In this document: in pieces, positions 1 through 8,755 of the stretch
How positions within the stretch are numbered: position 1 is the stretch's first letter
How the letters are laid out: each line of letters opens with the position of its first letter
Assembly: GCA_026387455.1 (NCBI GenBank)
Contig: JAPLLR010000025.1
Coordinates: 1 to 61,870, forward strand
DNA from: Candidatus Omnitrophota bacterium
GTDB lineage: Bacteria; Omnitrophota; Gorgyraeia; Gygaellales; Profunditerraquicolaceae
Length of the DNA: 61,870 nt
Direction: 5' to 3'
Program-made: the position numbers and the translations under genes
The notes under the pieces: model-generated
Database searches by the model: none
Seen by the model: only the letters and a program-made list of their open reading frames with translations
What the model was told of the DNA's origin: nothing

Positions 1-15
1 ATGCAGTAACAAAAA

Positions 16-495
16 TTACGATATACATAGTTTTTTGGTTAACTTTGCTATTCTTGCTCCGAACCTGGCGCATTCTTTAGCAGTACGGCTATCAGGTGAA
101 CCGATTGCCACCGGGCCGTAATGATCACCCTGCGGATCACCGTGGATAATCATACCATGGATGAGCATGGCGTTCAATATACCCAGAATTGTGGTTTCAT
201 TGCCTCCGGCTATATTGCCGCTTGAGGAAAATGCCGCGCCCACTTTGCCGTCAAGCTTGCCGTGAAACTTAACCGAATCATCCAGCAGCTTCTTGATTTC
301 AGCAGCCATGCTTCCGTAATAAGTAGGAGAGCCGATGACAATGGCATCATATTTCAATAATTCATCCGGCGCCACCTCCATCACATCCTTCACTGTCGTC
401 TCAACACCCTCGCTGGTTATTCCCTCACCCACAAGCTGGGCCATTTTCTTGGTATTTCCGCTTACCGAATAATAAATAACTATTGCCTTCGCCAT
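16..495 (-). CDS. Flavodoxin-fold protein (WrbA / NADPH-dependent FMN reductase type)
   Basis: 159-aa ORF. The N-terminal IVIYYSVSGNTKKMA loop and the IVIGSPTYYG motif are typical of short flavodoxin-fold FMN proteins. Confidence 0.7.
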   Translation of the reverse strand: MAKAIVIYYSVSGNTKKMAQLVGEGITSEGVETTVKDVMEVAPDELLKYDAIVIGSPTYYGSMAAEIKKLLDDSVKFHGKLDGKVGAAFSSSGNIAGGNETTILGILNAMLIHGMIIHGDPQGDHYGPVAIGSPDSRTAKECARFGARIAKLTKKLCIS

Positions 496-514
496 CTTTC
501 CCTCCGTCTTCCTA

Positions 515-757
515 TTATTTTTCTTCTACTTTAACTGAGCGAATCCGGCCAAACTGGCCGCAGAGATCGAAGATCATCGTAGGATCCTGCGCTTTCAAGT
601 TCAGCTTAAAATCTTTTCCTACACCTGCCGAATCCGAGCCCATATCGCAGATCTCAATATCCTGCGCAAACTCAATCAGGGAATTCCTGATATCCTGCAT
701 AGATGTGTTGTGGGCGTGCAATATAAACTCTAAGCGAAAATTATTATCAGACATCAT
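515..757 (-). CDS. Hypothetical small protein (80 aa), possibly an ACT/YbeD-like alpha-beta fold
   Basis: The ORF start overlaps the pgeF stop in an ATGATG/TGA junction. I recognised no motif. The coding call rests on tight packing and translational coupling only. Confidence 0.4.
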   Translation of the reverse strand: MMSDNNFRLEFILHAHNTSMQDIRNSLIEFAQDIEICDMGSDSAGVGKDFKLNLKAQDPTMIFDLCGQFGRIRSVKVEEK

Positions 758-1461
758 CTAAGCATCATCACCGACATCGTCCTACCACAGCTGGCTCCTT
801 CCTTACGGAAGGAGAAAAACCGGTCATTCCTGCAGCAGGTGCAAATATTTGTGTCGGAGATATTGCCCTTCTCAACCCCGGATTCCAAAAGCTCGCCTTT
901 ATTTATCCTGACAAGATCCAGATAATATTTTCCGCCGGATTTCGTTACTTCATGGGGAAAGAAATCCAAAAACTCTTTTCCCACCTCATAGCAGCAAATT
1001 CTAATTGACGGCCCGAAGGTCACTATCAAATTATGCGGATGAGTCCCGAATTTTTCCTGCATCAATTTTATGGTTTTCTCTACAATCCGGACATGGGTAC
1101 TGCGCCATCCGGCATGAGCCAAGCCTATTGCCGGTGTCTCAGGGTCATAGATAAAAATCGAAAGACAATCGGCAGTAAAAATAGCTAGCGGCAGATTTAA
1201 TTTATCGGTCACAAAAGCGTCAGTATCGGCGATAGCGCTTTCGTAAGTCAGCGCCCCGCAGCCTGAGTCTTTTCTTGACGCAACCCTGACGCTGTCACCA
1301 TGCACCTGCTTGGCGCAGACCAGCTTACGATGGTCAATACCTAGCCCGGATAAAAAACCTATACGGTTATCCAGCGCGCCAGCAGTATCCCCATAGTGCA
1401 AAGACATATTCCGGTGCGTGCGGTTGCTGAAACCGAAAACCACTTCAGCGCTTTGCGACAT
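754..1461 (-). CDS. pgeF: Peptidoglycan editing factor PgeF / YfiH (DUF152, laccase-domain protein)
   Basis: Family-typical blocks HGDSV, FTADCLSIFIYDP, GLAHAGWRST and CCYEVG. The ORF runs to 1554, but the ATG at 1461 (MSQSAEV) limits overlap with the upstream yggU-like gene to 17 nt. Confidence 0.75.
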   Translation of the reverse strand: MSQSAEVVFGFSNRTHRNMSLHYGDTAGALDNRIGFLSGLGIDHRKLVCAKQVHGDSVRVASRKDSGCGALTYESAIADTDAFVTDKLNLPLAIFTADCLSIFIYDPETPAIGLAHAGWRSTHVRIVEKTIKLMQEKFGTHPHNLIVTFGPSIRICCYEVGKEFLDFFPHEVTKSGGKYYLDLVRINKGELLESGVEKGNISDTNICTCCRNDRFFSFRKEGASCGRTMSVMMLR

Positions 1462-1675
1462 CCGGAATCTGCACGGCTTTGTTGCGGGACTTTTCTCCTT
1501 TAATGATACAGATCTCATATTTCTTAATACCAAGATGTTTGGCAAGCAACTCAATCACCCGGGCATTGGCCCGCCCGTCCTGCGCAGGCTTGGTCACATA
1601 GACTTTCAGGATACCTGACTCAGGCTTTACCAGATCCCGGCTTGCCCCGGGAATAACCCGAACGTTTACAATCAT
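1445..1675 (-). CDS. DUF167 (YggU) family protein
   Basis: 76 aa. VRVIPGASRD ... KPAQDGRAN ... matches the YggU/DUF167 pattern. Confidence 0.7.
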   Translation of the reverse strand: MIVNVRVIPGASRDLVKPESGILKVYVTKPAQDGRANARVIELLAKHLGIKKYEICIIKGEKSRNKAVQIPDVAKR

Positions 1676-1682
1676 GTGCTCC

Positions 1683-2402
1683 TTAAAGCAGATATTCCTT
1701 CTTGATCCTTGTGACGCTGCGGAAAATATTGGTCTTGACCTCGGGGCATATCCTTCTTAAATCTTTGATGATCTCGGTCATCTTGGTGCGCTTGGAAGTC
1801 ACAGAATTTGGGCAAGCGCACTTATGATGGGGAAAATCTAGGGTCTTGGCAAACTTGACGATCATATCCTCATCCACATAAGCCAAAGGCCTGATAATAG
1901 TGATCTTTCCTCCAAATAGCTCCTGCTTCGGACACATCGCCGAGATCTCCCCCTGAAAAAACATATTCAAAAGTATGGTCTCGATAATATCATCCTTATG
2001 GTGGCCGAGAGCGACCTTGGTACAGCCGAACCTGTCCGCCACTTTAAAAAGTGCCTTGCGCCTGTTCCAGGAGCACCAGAAACAAGAGATATCTTTCCTG
2101 CTTTTTCCTTTTAGAATATCGATCTTTTCAATGTGATATTTTACACCCAAATTCTGAAAATACCTAGCCAGGATCTTAGGGTGCTGGCAGGGATAACCCA
2201 TATCTACATGCACCGCGAGGATTTCATATTTTATGGGCACAAACGACCTACGGTCTTCCAAAACTTTAAGCAAAGTCAGGCTGTCCTTGCCTCCGGAGAC
2301 AGCCACCACGATCTTATCCCCGTCGGCTAAAAGCCCGTAATCCATGATGGCTTTACCCACGCGCTTTGAGATATAATATTCCTGTCCCTGTATTACTGAC
2401 AT
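1683..2402 (-). CDS. ttcA: PP-loop ATPase, tRNA 2-thiocytidine synthetase TtcA-like
   Basis: SGGKDS PP-loop, with Cys clusters CFWCSW and HHKCACP as in Fe-S TtcA-type enzymes. Confidence 0.65.
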   Translation of the reverse strand: MSVIQGQEYYISKRVGKAIMDYGLLADGDKIVVAVSGGKDSLTLLKVLEDRRSFVPIKYEILAVHVDMGYPCQHPKILARYFQNLGVKYHIEKIDILKGKSRKDISCFWCSWNRRKALFKVADRFGCTKVALGHHKDDIIETILLNMFFQGEISAMCPKQELFGGKITIIRPLAYVDEDMIVKFAKTLDFPHHKCACPNSVTSKRTKMTEIIKDLRRICPEVKTNIFRSVTRIKKEYLL

Positions 2403-2403
2403 T

Positions 2404-3780
2404 TTACGCCTTTGGTTTCTGACTTTCTAGATATTGGACAAACGCATCCACAACCTCAGAGTTAAATTGCGTACCCTTGGACTTCTCTAAAATATTTATC
2501 GCCTCCTCCTTGGAGAGAGCTTTGCGGTAAGGCCGGTCAGAAGTCATGGCGTCGTAAGAATCCGCCACTGCCGCAATAGCCGCAAAAATCGAGATTAGGC
2601 CGCCCTTTATCCCGTTAGGGTATCCAGTACCGTCCTGGCGCTCATGATGATCCCTGACCGCGCTTAATCCCGGCTCTAAGAATTCAATGGGCTTAAGAAT
2701 CTCCTCTCCCACCGTCGGATGCTGCTTCACCACATCCTGCTCTTCCTTGGTCAGCGGGCCGTTCTTATTCAGAATCTCTGCCGGCATCCCGATCTTTCCA
2801 ATATCATGCAAAGCCGCCACTTCTTCCAAGAGCTTAATATCTTTCTCCGGAAGCCCGAGGCGCTGAGCGATGTGTATGGCGTAATGCGCCACTCTCTCGG
2901 AATGACCGCTAGTATATTTATCTTTTGCTTCCAGGGCGCGAATAAGGCTCTTTATGGTCTCGATATAATAGCGCTGTAATTTGCGTTTTTCTCCCATCAA
3001 CTCAGCGCTCATTTTATTAAAAGCTACGGCAAGCTGAGCCAGCTCATCGGAGCTTTTAACTATAACCTTATGCTCAAGATTTCCCTTACCTAATTCCTCG
3101 ACCCCCAGCATCAGGCTGTTTATCGGCCGGGTGATGGAGCGGCTAAAAAACCAACCTAGCAATAATGAGATAAAGATACCCAGGATCAATATGCCCAGAA
3201 ACATCCGAGTAAGAAAAAGCTTCATCGCCAAGATTGATTCGGCTTTCACGTCTAGGCCGATAATGGCTATAGCCTTGCCATCCTTATTATAGATAGGCGC
3301 GTAAGCCGACTGAAAGACTCCCCATTTATCCTGAGTAAATTTATTGTCAACGCTTGGGCCGTCAAAAGCCACGCGCATGTCGGGAAAATTCGAGACATCA
3401 TAAGCCTCACCACAACGGGCATGAGCCTTTCTCACGTCTCCGGAATCCACCAGAAAAAGCCAAATATCCGGCTTGTCAGACTTAACCATGGTATAGACGC
3501 TATCAATCAAGGGGCTGGTATTCTTAAGCTTAAGTAAGCTCTGTTTTATATCCTGGAAAACAGCAGTGCTTTCACTGGAATGCTCCGGCTTGATCAACTC
3601 AAGCTTATCAGCTTCGATCTTAATACTCATAATCCTGGCCATGCCGATCATCCGAAGCTTTAGCTCTCTTTCCTGCAGATAATTCACCCTGCGATATATC
3701 GCGAATATGCTCGAGGTAAGCACAACGACAAGAGAAACGATCAACAGACTTAATTTCAACCCTAAGCCGAATTTTCTCAT
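2404..3780 (-). CDS. Membrane sensor with HAMP and HD-GYP domains (c-di-GMP phosphodiesterase type)
   Basis: N-terminal TM helix, periplasmic sensor region, second TM helix, then a HAMP domain (RPINSLMLGVEELGKGNLEH...FNKMSAEL). The HD-GYP domain has HSERV, LHDIGKIGMP and HHERQDGTGYPNG. Confidence 0.8.
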   Translation of the reverse strand: MRKFGLGLKLSLLIVSLVVVLTSSIFAIYRRVNYLQERELKLRMIGMARIMSIKIEADKLELIKPEHSSESTAVFQDIKQSLLKLKNTSPLIDSVYTMVKSDKPDIWLFLVDSGDVRKAHARCGEAYDVSNFPDMRVAFDGPSVDNKFTQDKWGVFQSAYAPIYNKDGKAIAIIGLDVKAESILAMKLFLTRMFLGILILGIFISLLLGWFFSRSITRPINSLMLGVEELGKGNLEHKVIVKSSDELAQLAVAFNKMSAELMGEKRKLQRYYIETIKSLIRALEAKDKYTSGHSERVAHYAIHIAQRLGLPEKDIKLLEEVAALHDIGKIGMPAEILNKNGPLTKEEQDVVKQHPTVGEEILKPIEFLEPGLSAVRDHHERQDGTGYPNGIKGGLISIFAAIAAVADSYDAMTSDRPYRKALSKEEAINILEKSKGTQFNSEVVDAFVQYLESQKPKA

Positions 3781-5807
3781 AAATCAACTCCTTCTTTTTG
3801 CATTAATTCCACCGCGTGCAAGACATCTTCTGTAGTGACTGCCTTAATACAGGCGAATTCCTTTACGCAATTATGCGCCAGGCACTCCACACACCCGACA
3901 TCTTTATGTATGACCTTGTCCCTGGTTCCGGATGGCCCCCATCGCTTGGGGCTAAGGCCGGCCTGACTTCTGCCGAATACGGAAATTACAGGCGTGCCCA
4001 CGGCACAGGCTACATGCACCGGACCCGAATCATTAGAAATAAGCAGCCGGCAGCGCTTAAGCACGCCTGCCAGATGGGCTACAGAAGTCTCACCAGCAAG
4101 ATTCACCGCCGGATGACGCATGTTCTTAACCACGCTATGCGCCAAAGCCGCGTCCTTTTGCCCGGCGACTATAACAACCTTAAAACCTGATTTCTCTATT
4201 AAGCTGTCCGCGACCCGGGAAAACCGCTCATTAGGCCAAACCTTTGAGGGACAGCTTGCTCCGGGATGAATTGCTAGAAGCTTGTCGCTTTCCTTTATTC
4301 CCTGCCTGATAAACAATTCCCTGACCCAGGCTTTAGTCTCCGGACTCACCCCCATAAATAACTTCTTTTCCTTAGGATGGATGCCAAGATAGCGCACCAG
4401 GTCCAAATTATACTCTGACTCGTGTTTCTCGCCCAGCTGCTTGATATGCCTAACCCTGTCGGTAAGCAGATAACTCATCTTGCGGTCATAACCCACCCTA
4501 CGCTTAATACCGGCAAAATAAGTCACCAAATGCACCCGGTTAGTGGGATGCAAAACAATGGCCAAATCAAATTTCTTTTTCTTAAGACTTTTCGAAAACT
4601 TTATCGAGTGGCCCCAACTCTTATGTTTTACATCCTTGTCATAAATGATGGCCTCATCCACATAAGGATTAGCTTCTACTATTTCTTTCGCGCTGGGTGA
4701 GACCATCATCGCAATATAGGCCTGAGGGTAGGCCTCGCGCAGGACGCTAGCCACCGGAGTGGACAAAAGCACATCCCCGATCCTATCCGTACGCACGATC
4801 AGGATCCGCTTATATTCAAAAGATTTTTTAGGGCGTGAATTTTGATTATCGGAATTTAATAAATTATTCGCCTGGCGCAAGACATCTTCGACACTTATCA
4901 TCTTGAGGCAATCCAGCGTCCCGAAACGACACTGCGCCTTCTCGCACGGACGGCAGAATATTTCTTTCTTAATTACCGCGCTTCTATCTGACCACGGCCC
5001 GTATTTCACATCGTTTGTCGGCCCGAAAATCGCCGCTACCGGGACATTCAGGTAACTAGCCAGATGCAAGACCGCGCTGTCATTGGTGATAACCAGACTT
5101 GCTTTTTTGATCACCGCCCCAAGCTGGGAAAGGTTAGTCTTGGCGCAAAGATTTAAAATCCTTGCGCCGCAAGATTGCCTGATATATTCGGCAACCTGCA
5201 TATCCGCGCCGTCTCCCACCAAAACTATTCTTTGCCCCTGCTCAAGAAGCCTTAAAGCCAGCTCAGCGAACCTATCTTTGGGCCACTGTTTGGTATGACT
5301 TCGCGCTCCCACGGCCATAATGACCAGCTTATGATCTTTGCTTATGCCGACTTCATGCAAGAGCGTTTGAGCGTAAACTTCATCCTGGTGGCTGATAAAT
5401 AAAGCCAGGGACTTATGCGCAATGCGCAGGTACGGCACCGGAATCTTGCTTAAGTGCCTGTCCTTCATATGCAGCGAACTTTTCCTGCTCTTTAAAAACG
5501 CGCCTACCTTGTATTTTGCCGGCAACAGCGCTCCGTAAAGAGTATTACGCAGATCCACCACCAGGTCAAAATCTTCACTTTTGAGCTCATTGAATAATTT
5601 TCTGTTATCTTTGAACCCGGCATGCTTATCAAAAATGATCACCCGGGAGATAGCAGGATTATTCCGGAACAGCTCTTGTGGCCGTTCGGCTGTCATCACC
5701 GTGACTTTTGAACCGGGAAAATTTTCAAACAAAACATCCAATACCGGCAAAGTCAGAATTGCATCGCCTATATTGCTAAGAGTTATAAATAATATCTTCT
5801 TAATCAT
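3777..5807 (-). CDS. Tandem double GT9 glycosyltransferase (two heptosyltransferase-like domains in one 676-aa protein)
   Basis: Two N-terminal-type GT9 starts: KILFITLSNIGDAILTLPVL, and KRILIVRTDRIGDVLLSTPV about 335 aa later. Each half has DSAxLHLA / DSGPVHVA and a Cys-rich tail. Confidence 0.75.
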   Translation of the reverse strand: MIKKILFITLSNIGDAILTLPVLDVLFENFPGSKVTVMTAERPQELFRNNPAISRVIIFDKHAGFKDNRKLFNELKSEDFDLVVDLRNTLYGALLPAKYKVGAFLKSRKSSLHMKDRHLSKIPVPYLRIAHKSLALFISHQDEVYAQTLLHEVGISKDHKLVIMAVGARSHTKQWPKDRFAELALRLLEQGQRIVLVGDGADMQVAEYIRQSCGARILNLCAKTNLSQLGAVIKKASLVITNDSAVLHLASYLNVPVAAIFGPTNDVKYGPWSDRSAVIKKEIFCRPCEKAQCRFGTLDCLKMISVEDVLRQANNLLNSDNQNSRPKKSFEYKRILIVRTDRIGDVLLSTPVASVLREAYPQAYIAMMVSPSAKEIVEANPYVDEAIIYDKDVKHKSWGHSIKFSKSLKKKKFDLAIVLHPTNRVHLVTYFAGIKRRVGYDRKMSYLLTDRVRHIKQLGEKHESEYNLDLVRYLGIHPKEKKLFMGVSPETKAWVRELFIRQGIKESDKLLAIHPGASCPSKVWPNERFSRVADSLIEKSGFKVVIVAGQKDAALAHSVVKNMRHPAVNLAGETSVAHLAGVLKRCRLLISNDSGPVHVACAVGTPVISVFGRSQAGLSPKRWGPSGTRDKVIHKDVGCVECLAHNCVKEFACIKAVTTEDVLHAVELMQKEGVDL

Positions 5808-6867
5808 AAGGCCCTTCCTTTATCGGATGGGAAGACCTACCCCCGTGGGGTAATTTTATATGTCCCAACACATCCTCAGGAGTGATCGCCTTCATACAAC
5901 GGTTATCCTGACAATGAACCTCATAGCAGGGAATAACACAGCCTACTTCTTTCTGAAGCACCACGACATTTTTATCCGGGAACGGCCCGGTGATATGCTT
6001 TGAAGTCGGCCCGAAAATGGCAATGATCTTCTTTGTGCCCACGGCATTGGCAATATGCAACGGACCAGTATCAGCAGTAATAAACACATCCAGGCGCTTA
6101 CACAGCGCTCCCAGCTGCTTGATGTTCAGCGCTCCACAAGCAAGCACTGGCTTCTGATGCATCAGGCCTTTTATCTCATTGACCAAGGTGACATCAGACA
6201 CACTTCCGGTAATAATCACCTTTGCCCCAAACATAGCGATGATCTTATCCGCAAGCTCGGCCCAGAATTCTTTAGGCCAGCGCTTAGGTATCCAGTTCCC
6301 CCCGGGATTAAGCGCTACCAGAAAATCAAATTTCTTTATACCGTTTTTCTGCAGGAATTCCTCTACGGCCCCAGCGTCTTCTTCGCTGAAGAAAAATTCT
6401 AAGTACCGATCCTCAATTCTAAGGCCAGCCTTTTCCAAAACATGTAGATAATAATCTATACGGTGCACCGTATCCCTGCGCAGGGGTTTGATTTTTTTAG
6501 TCAAAAGAAAGCCGCGCTTCTTAGTGTGGTGGCCGATGCGCTCCGGTATATCCGCAAGGCGGCAAAGCAGCGCCCGACTAAAAGATCGGTGCAGAAGAAA
6601 CACCGTATCAAACCCCCTATTTTTTAAGAGCCTGATGAAGTCCAGCTTAGCCATGATCCCCTTATGCCGGTCCTTCTCATCGAAAATAATTATCTCATCC
6701 AGATGCGGGTTACCTTTAAGTATCTGGTAACAACGGCTGGGTATGGCGCAGGCGATGAAGCTATCGGGGAAATTCCTGCGGATATTGCGTATGGCCGCGG
6801 TAGAAAAAAGCACGTCGCCAAGCCAGTTGACATTAAAAATCAGAATACGCTTCTTATCTTTGATCAT
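5800..6867 (-). CDS. GT9 glycosyltransferase (LPS heptosyltransferase family)
   Basis: KRILIFNVNWLGDVLFSTAAI, ADTGPLHIA and FGPT, plus a Cys-rich tail. The stop overlaps the start of the next gene. Confidence 0.75.
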   Translation of the reverse strand: MIKDKKRILIFNVNWLGDVLFSTAAIRNIRRNFPDSFIACAIPSRCYQILKGNPHLDEIIIFDEKDRHKGIMAKLDFIRLLKNRGFDTVFLLHRSFSRALLCRLADIPERIGHHTKKRGFLLTKKIKPLRRDTVHRIDYYLHVLEKAGLRIEDRYLEFFFSEEDAGAVEEFLQKNGIKKFDFLVALNPGGNWIPKRWPKEFWAELADKIIAMFGAKVIITGSVSDVTLVNEIKGLMHQKPVLACGALNIKQLGALCKRLDVFITADTGPLHIANAVGTKKIIAIFGPTSKHITGPFPDKNVVVLQKEVGCVIPCYEVHCQDNRCMKAITPEDVLGHIKLPHGGRSSHPIKEGPYD

Positions 6868-7673
6868 TTATTACGCTTCTTTCCTTTAGAAGGATGGTAA
6901 TATCCGCTTGCCTGGGCCCATAATACAATGCCATCTCCGGAATTAGTGCTGATACGCTGTCTTTTCAGAGCAAACAGATCGTCATTGGCGAACTCTTTCC
7001 CGGGCTTAGTAGCCACCGCCATTTTATACCCAGCCCCCTTTACCAACTCTTTCATATGCTGATCAAACATCCCCTCTGGATAGCTAAAGGCAAGAACTTC
7101 GCGCCCCAGTTTCTCTTCTAATATCTTTTTAGAATCAAAAATTTGCCGGCGCAACTCCTTTTCCGTCTTCATCTTATATAAAGGATCGGGCCCAATGGCG
7201 TGGCTACCGATAATTACCAATCCCGAATCCTGCATCTCTTTAATCTGACCCCAGTCTAGCCGGTCATTAAGCGAGCGGCCTACTTCCGAAACGATGATAA
7301 AAATAGTAGTAGAAAACTGATACTTTTTTAATACAGGGAAGGCGTAGATATAATTATCCTTATACCCATCGTCAAAAGTTATAGCCACAGTCTTAGGAGG
7401 AATTTTCTTTTTCTCTTCCAAAATAGGTATCAGCGAATCTAAGCTCACCACGTTATAATGATGCTCTTTTAAGAAGCGCATCTGGCGCTCAAATATCTCA
7501 GGCGACACGATCAAACGGTTGCGCTCCTTGTCACTTACCGGGTTAACCGAGTGATACATCAGTATAGGAACCGCATACTGCCTTGAAAGAAACAAGCCGC
7601 CTGCCGCGACAAAAGCCGCTAAGCTTAAAAAAACAGCGATTATTCCAAAGATTATCTTTTTGTGTTTAGACAT
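6864..7673 (-). CDS. Polysaccharide deacetylase (NodB homology domain), membrane anchored
   Basis: N-terminal TM helix, a TFDDGYKDNY NodB motif, and a later SH..G..P block. Confidence 0.75.
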   Translation of the reverse strand: MSKHKKIIFGIIAVFLSLAAFVAAGGLFLSRQYAVPILMYHSVNPVSDKERNRLIVSPEIFERQMRFLKEHHYNVVSLDSLIPILEEKKKIPPKTVAITFDDGYKDNYIYAFPVLKKYQFSTTIFIIVSEVGRSLNDRLDWGQIKEMQDSGLVIIGSHAIGPDPLYKMKTEKELRRQIFDSKKILEEKLGREVLAFSYPEGMFDQHMKELVKGAGYKMAVATKPGKEFANDDLFALKRQRISTNSGDGIVLWAQASGYYHPSKGKKRNK

Positions 7674-8755
7674 TGCGCATAAACCTCTTCCGTCTCCCTG
7701 ATCATCTGCTCTTTTGAGAAATGCTCACGGATAAACCTCCGGGCATTATCGCTAAGATATTGCGCCTTGTTGTTATCTTTAAGCAAAGCTACTATCGCCC
7801 GGGAAAGTCCGTCGCAGTCAGCCGGCTCGGCTAATAATCCGGTCACGTCTGCCTGAATAAGAGTACGGATCCCCCCGATATTCGAGCCCACCACCGGCAC
7901 ACCCGCAGCCATGGCTTCCATAAGCGCTAAGCCTAACCCCTCTTTTAAAGAGGGCATGACAAAAACATCCATCACTGAAAGCATATTTTGAGTTCCCTGC
8001 GCCTCGGGCTTAAAAAATACACTTTTACTCACTCCCAGCTCATCCACAAGCTTCACCAGATTTTCTTTTTCTTTCCCTTCGCCGCAAATAAGCAATTGTG
8101 CATCCGGCACTTCTCTAAGCACCTGCAGCATAGCCCGAATAAGATATTGATGCCCTTTGACATCGGAAAGCCGGGCTACTATACCGATCACCGGCCCACT
8201 GCCTAGGCCTAAATCAATTTTTACCTGATGCCATGAACCGAAACTTCCGGAGGAAAACTTTTCCACATCAATACCGTTATGGATCACGGTGATACGCCCC
8301 TCATCCACTTTAAAATCATGCACCAGGTGCTCTTTCACCTGCTGGCTGATGGCGATAGTCTTATCCCCCCAACAGGGGAATAACCGGCGTAAGAGACGCC
8401 TTTTAAAATATCCGTGACAGGTGTACACGTGAGGGATATGCGCTCGCCGACTAAGCAATGTCGCCAGAACCTGGGTGGTGCGGCTGTGTGAATGGATGAT
8501 CTGAATATTATTTACCTTGATGATTCCGGACAAAGAAAACTCGCACATGATGATCTTGGGGCTGATCTCTTTTTTGGTCTTAATCGGTATAGGAATATAA
8601 CGGATCCCTTCCTTAATAAACTCATGGATCAAGCTTCCGCCGCTTGAGGCAATGTAAACACTGTGGCCTTTTCTTTTTAATCCACTGGCAAGAGTCAGAC
8701 AATAACTAGTAATCCCACCGATATTTAAGTGATTAGTGATATAAAGTATATTCAT
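7652..8755 (-). CDS. GT4 glycosyltransferase
   Basis: MNILYITNHLNIGGI start and an EGLGLALMEAMAAGVPVV (E-x7-E region) motif. The ORF extends to 8827, but the ATG at 8755 forms a TAATG junction with the upstream stop. Confidence 0.8.
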   Translation of the reverse strand: MNILYITNHLNIGGITSYCLTLASGLKRKGHSVYIASSGGSLIHEFIKEGIRYIPIPIKTKKEISPKIIMCEFSLSGIIKVNNIQIIHSHSRTTQVLATLLSRRAHIPHVYTCHGYFKRRLLRRLFPCWGDKTIAISQQVKEHLVHDFKVDEGRITVIHNGIDVEKFSSGSFGSWHQVKIDLGLGSGPVIGIVARLSDVKGHQYLIRAMLQVLREVPDAQLLICGEGKEKENLVKLVDELGVSKSVFFKPEAQGTQNMLSVMDVFVMPSLKEGLGLALMEAMAAGVPVVGSNIGGIRTLIQADVTGLLAEPADCDGLSRAIVALLKDNNKAQYLSDNARRFIREHFSKEQMIRETEEVYAQCLNTKR

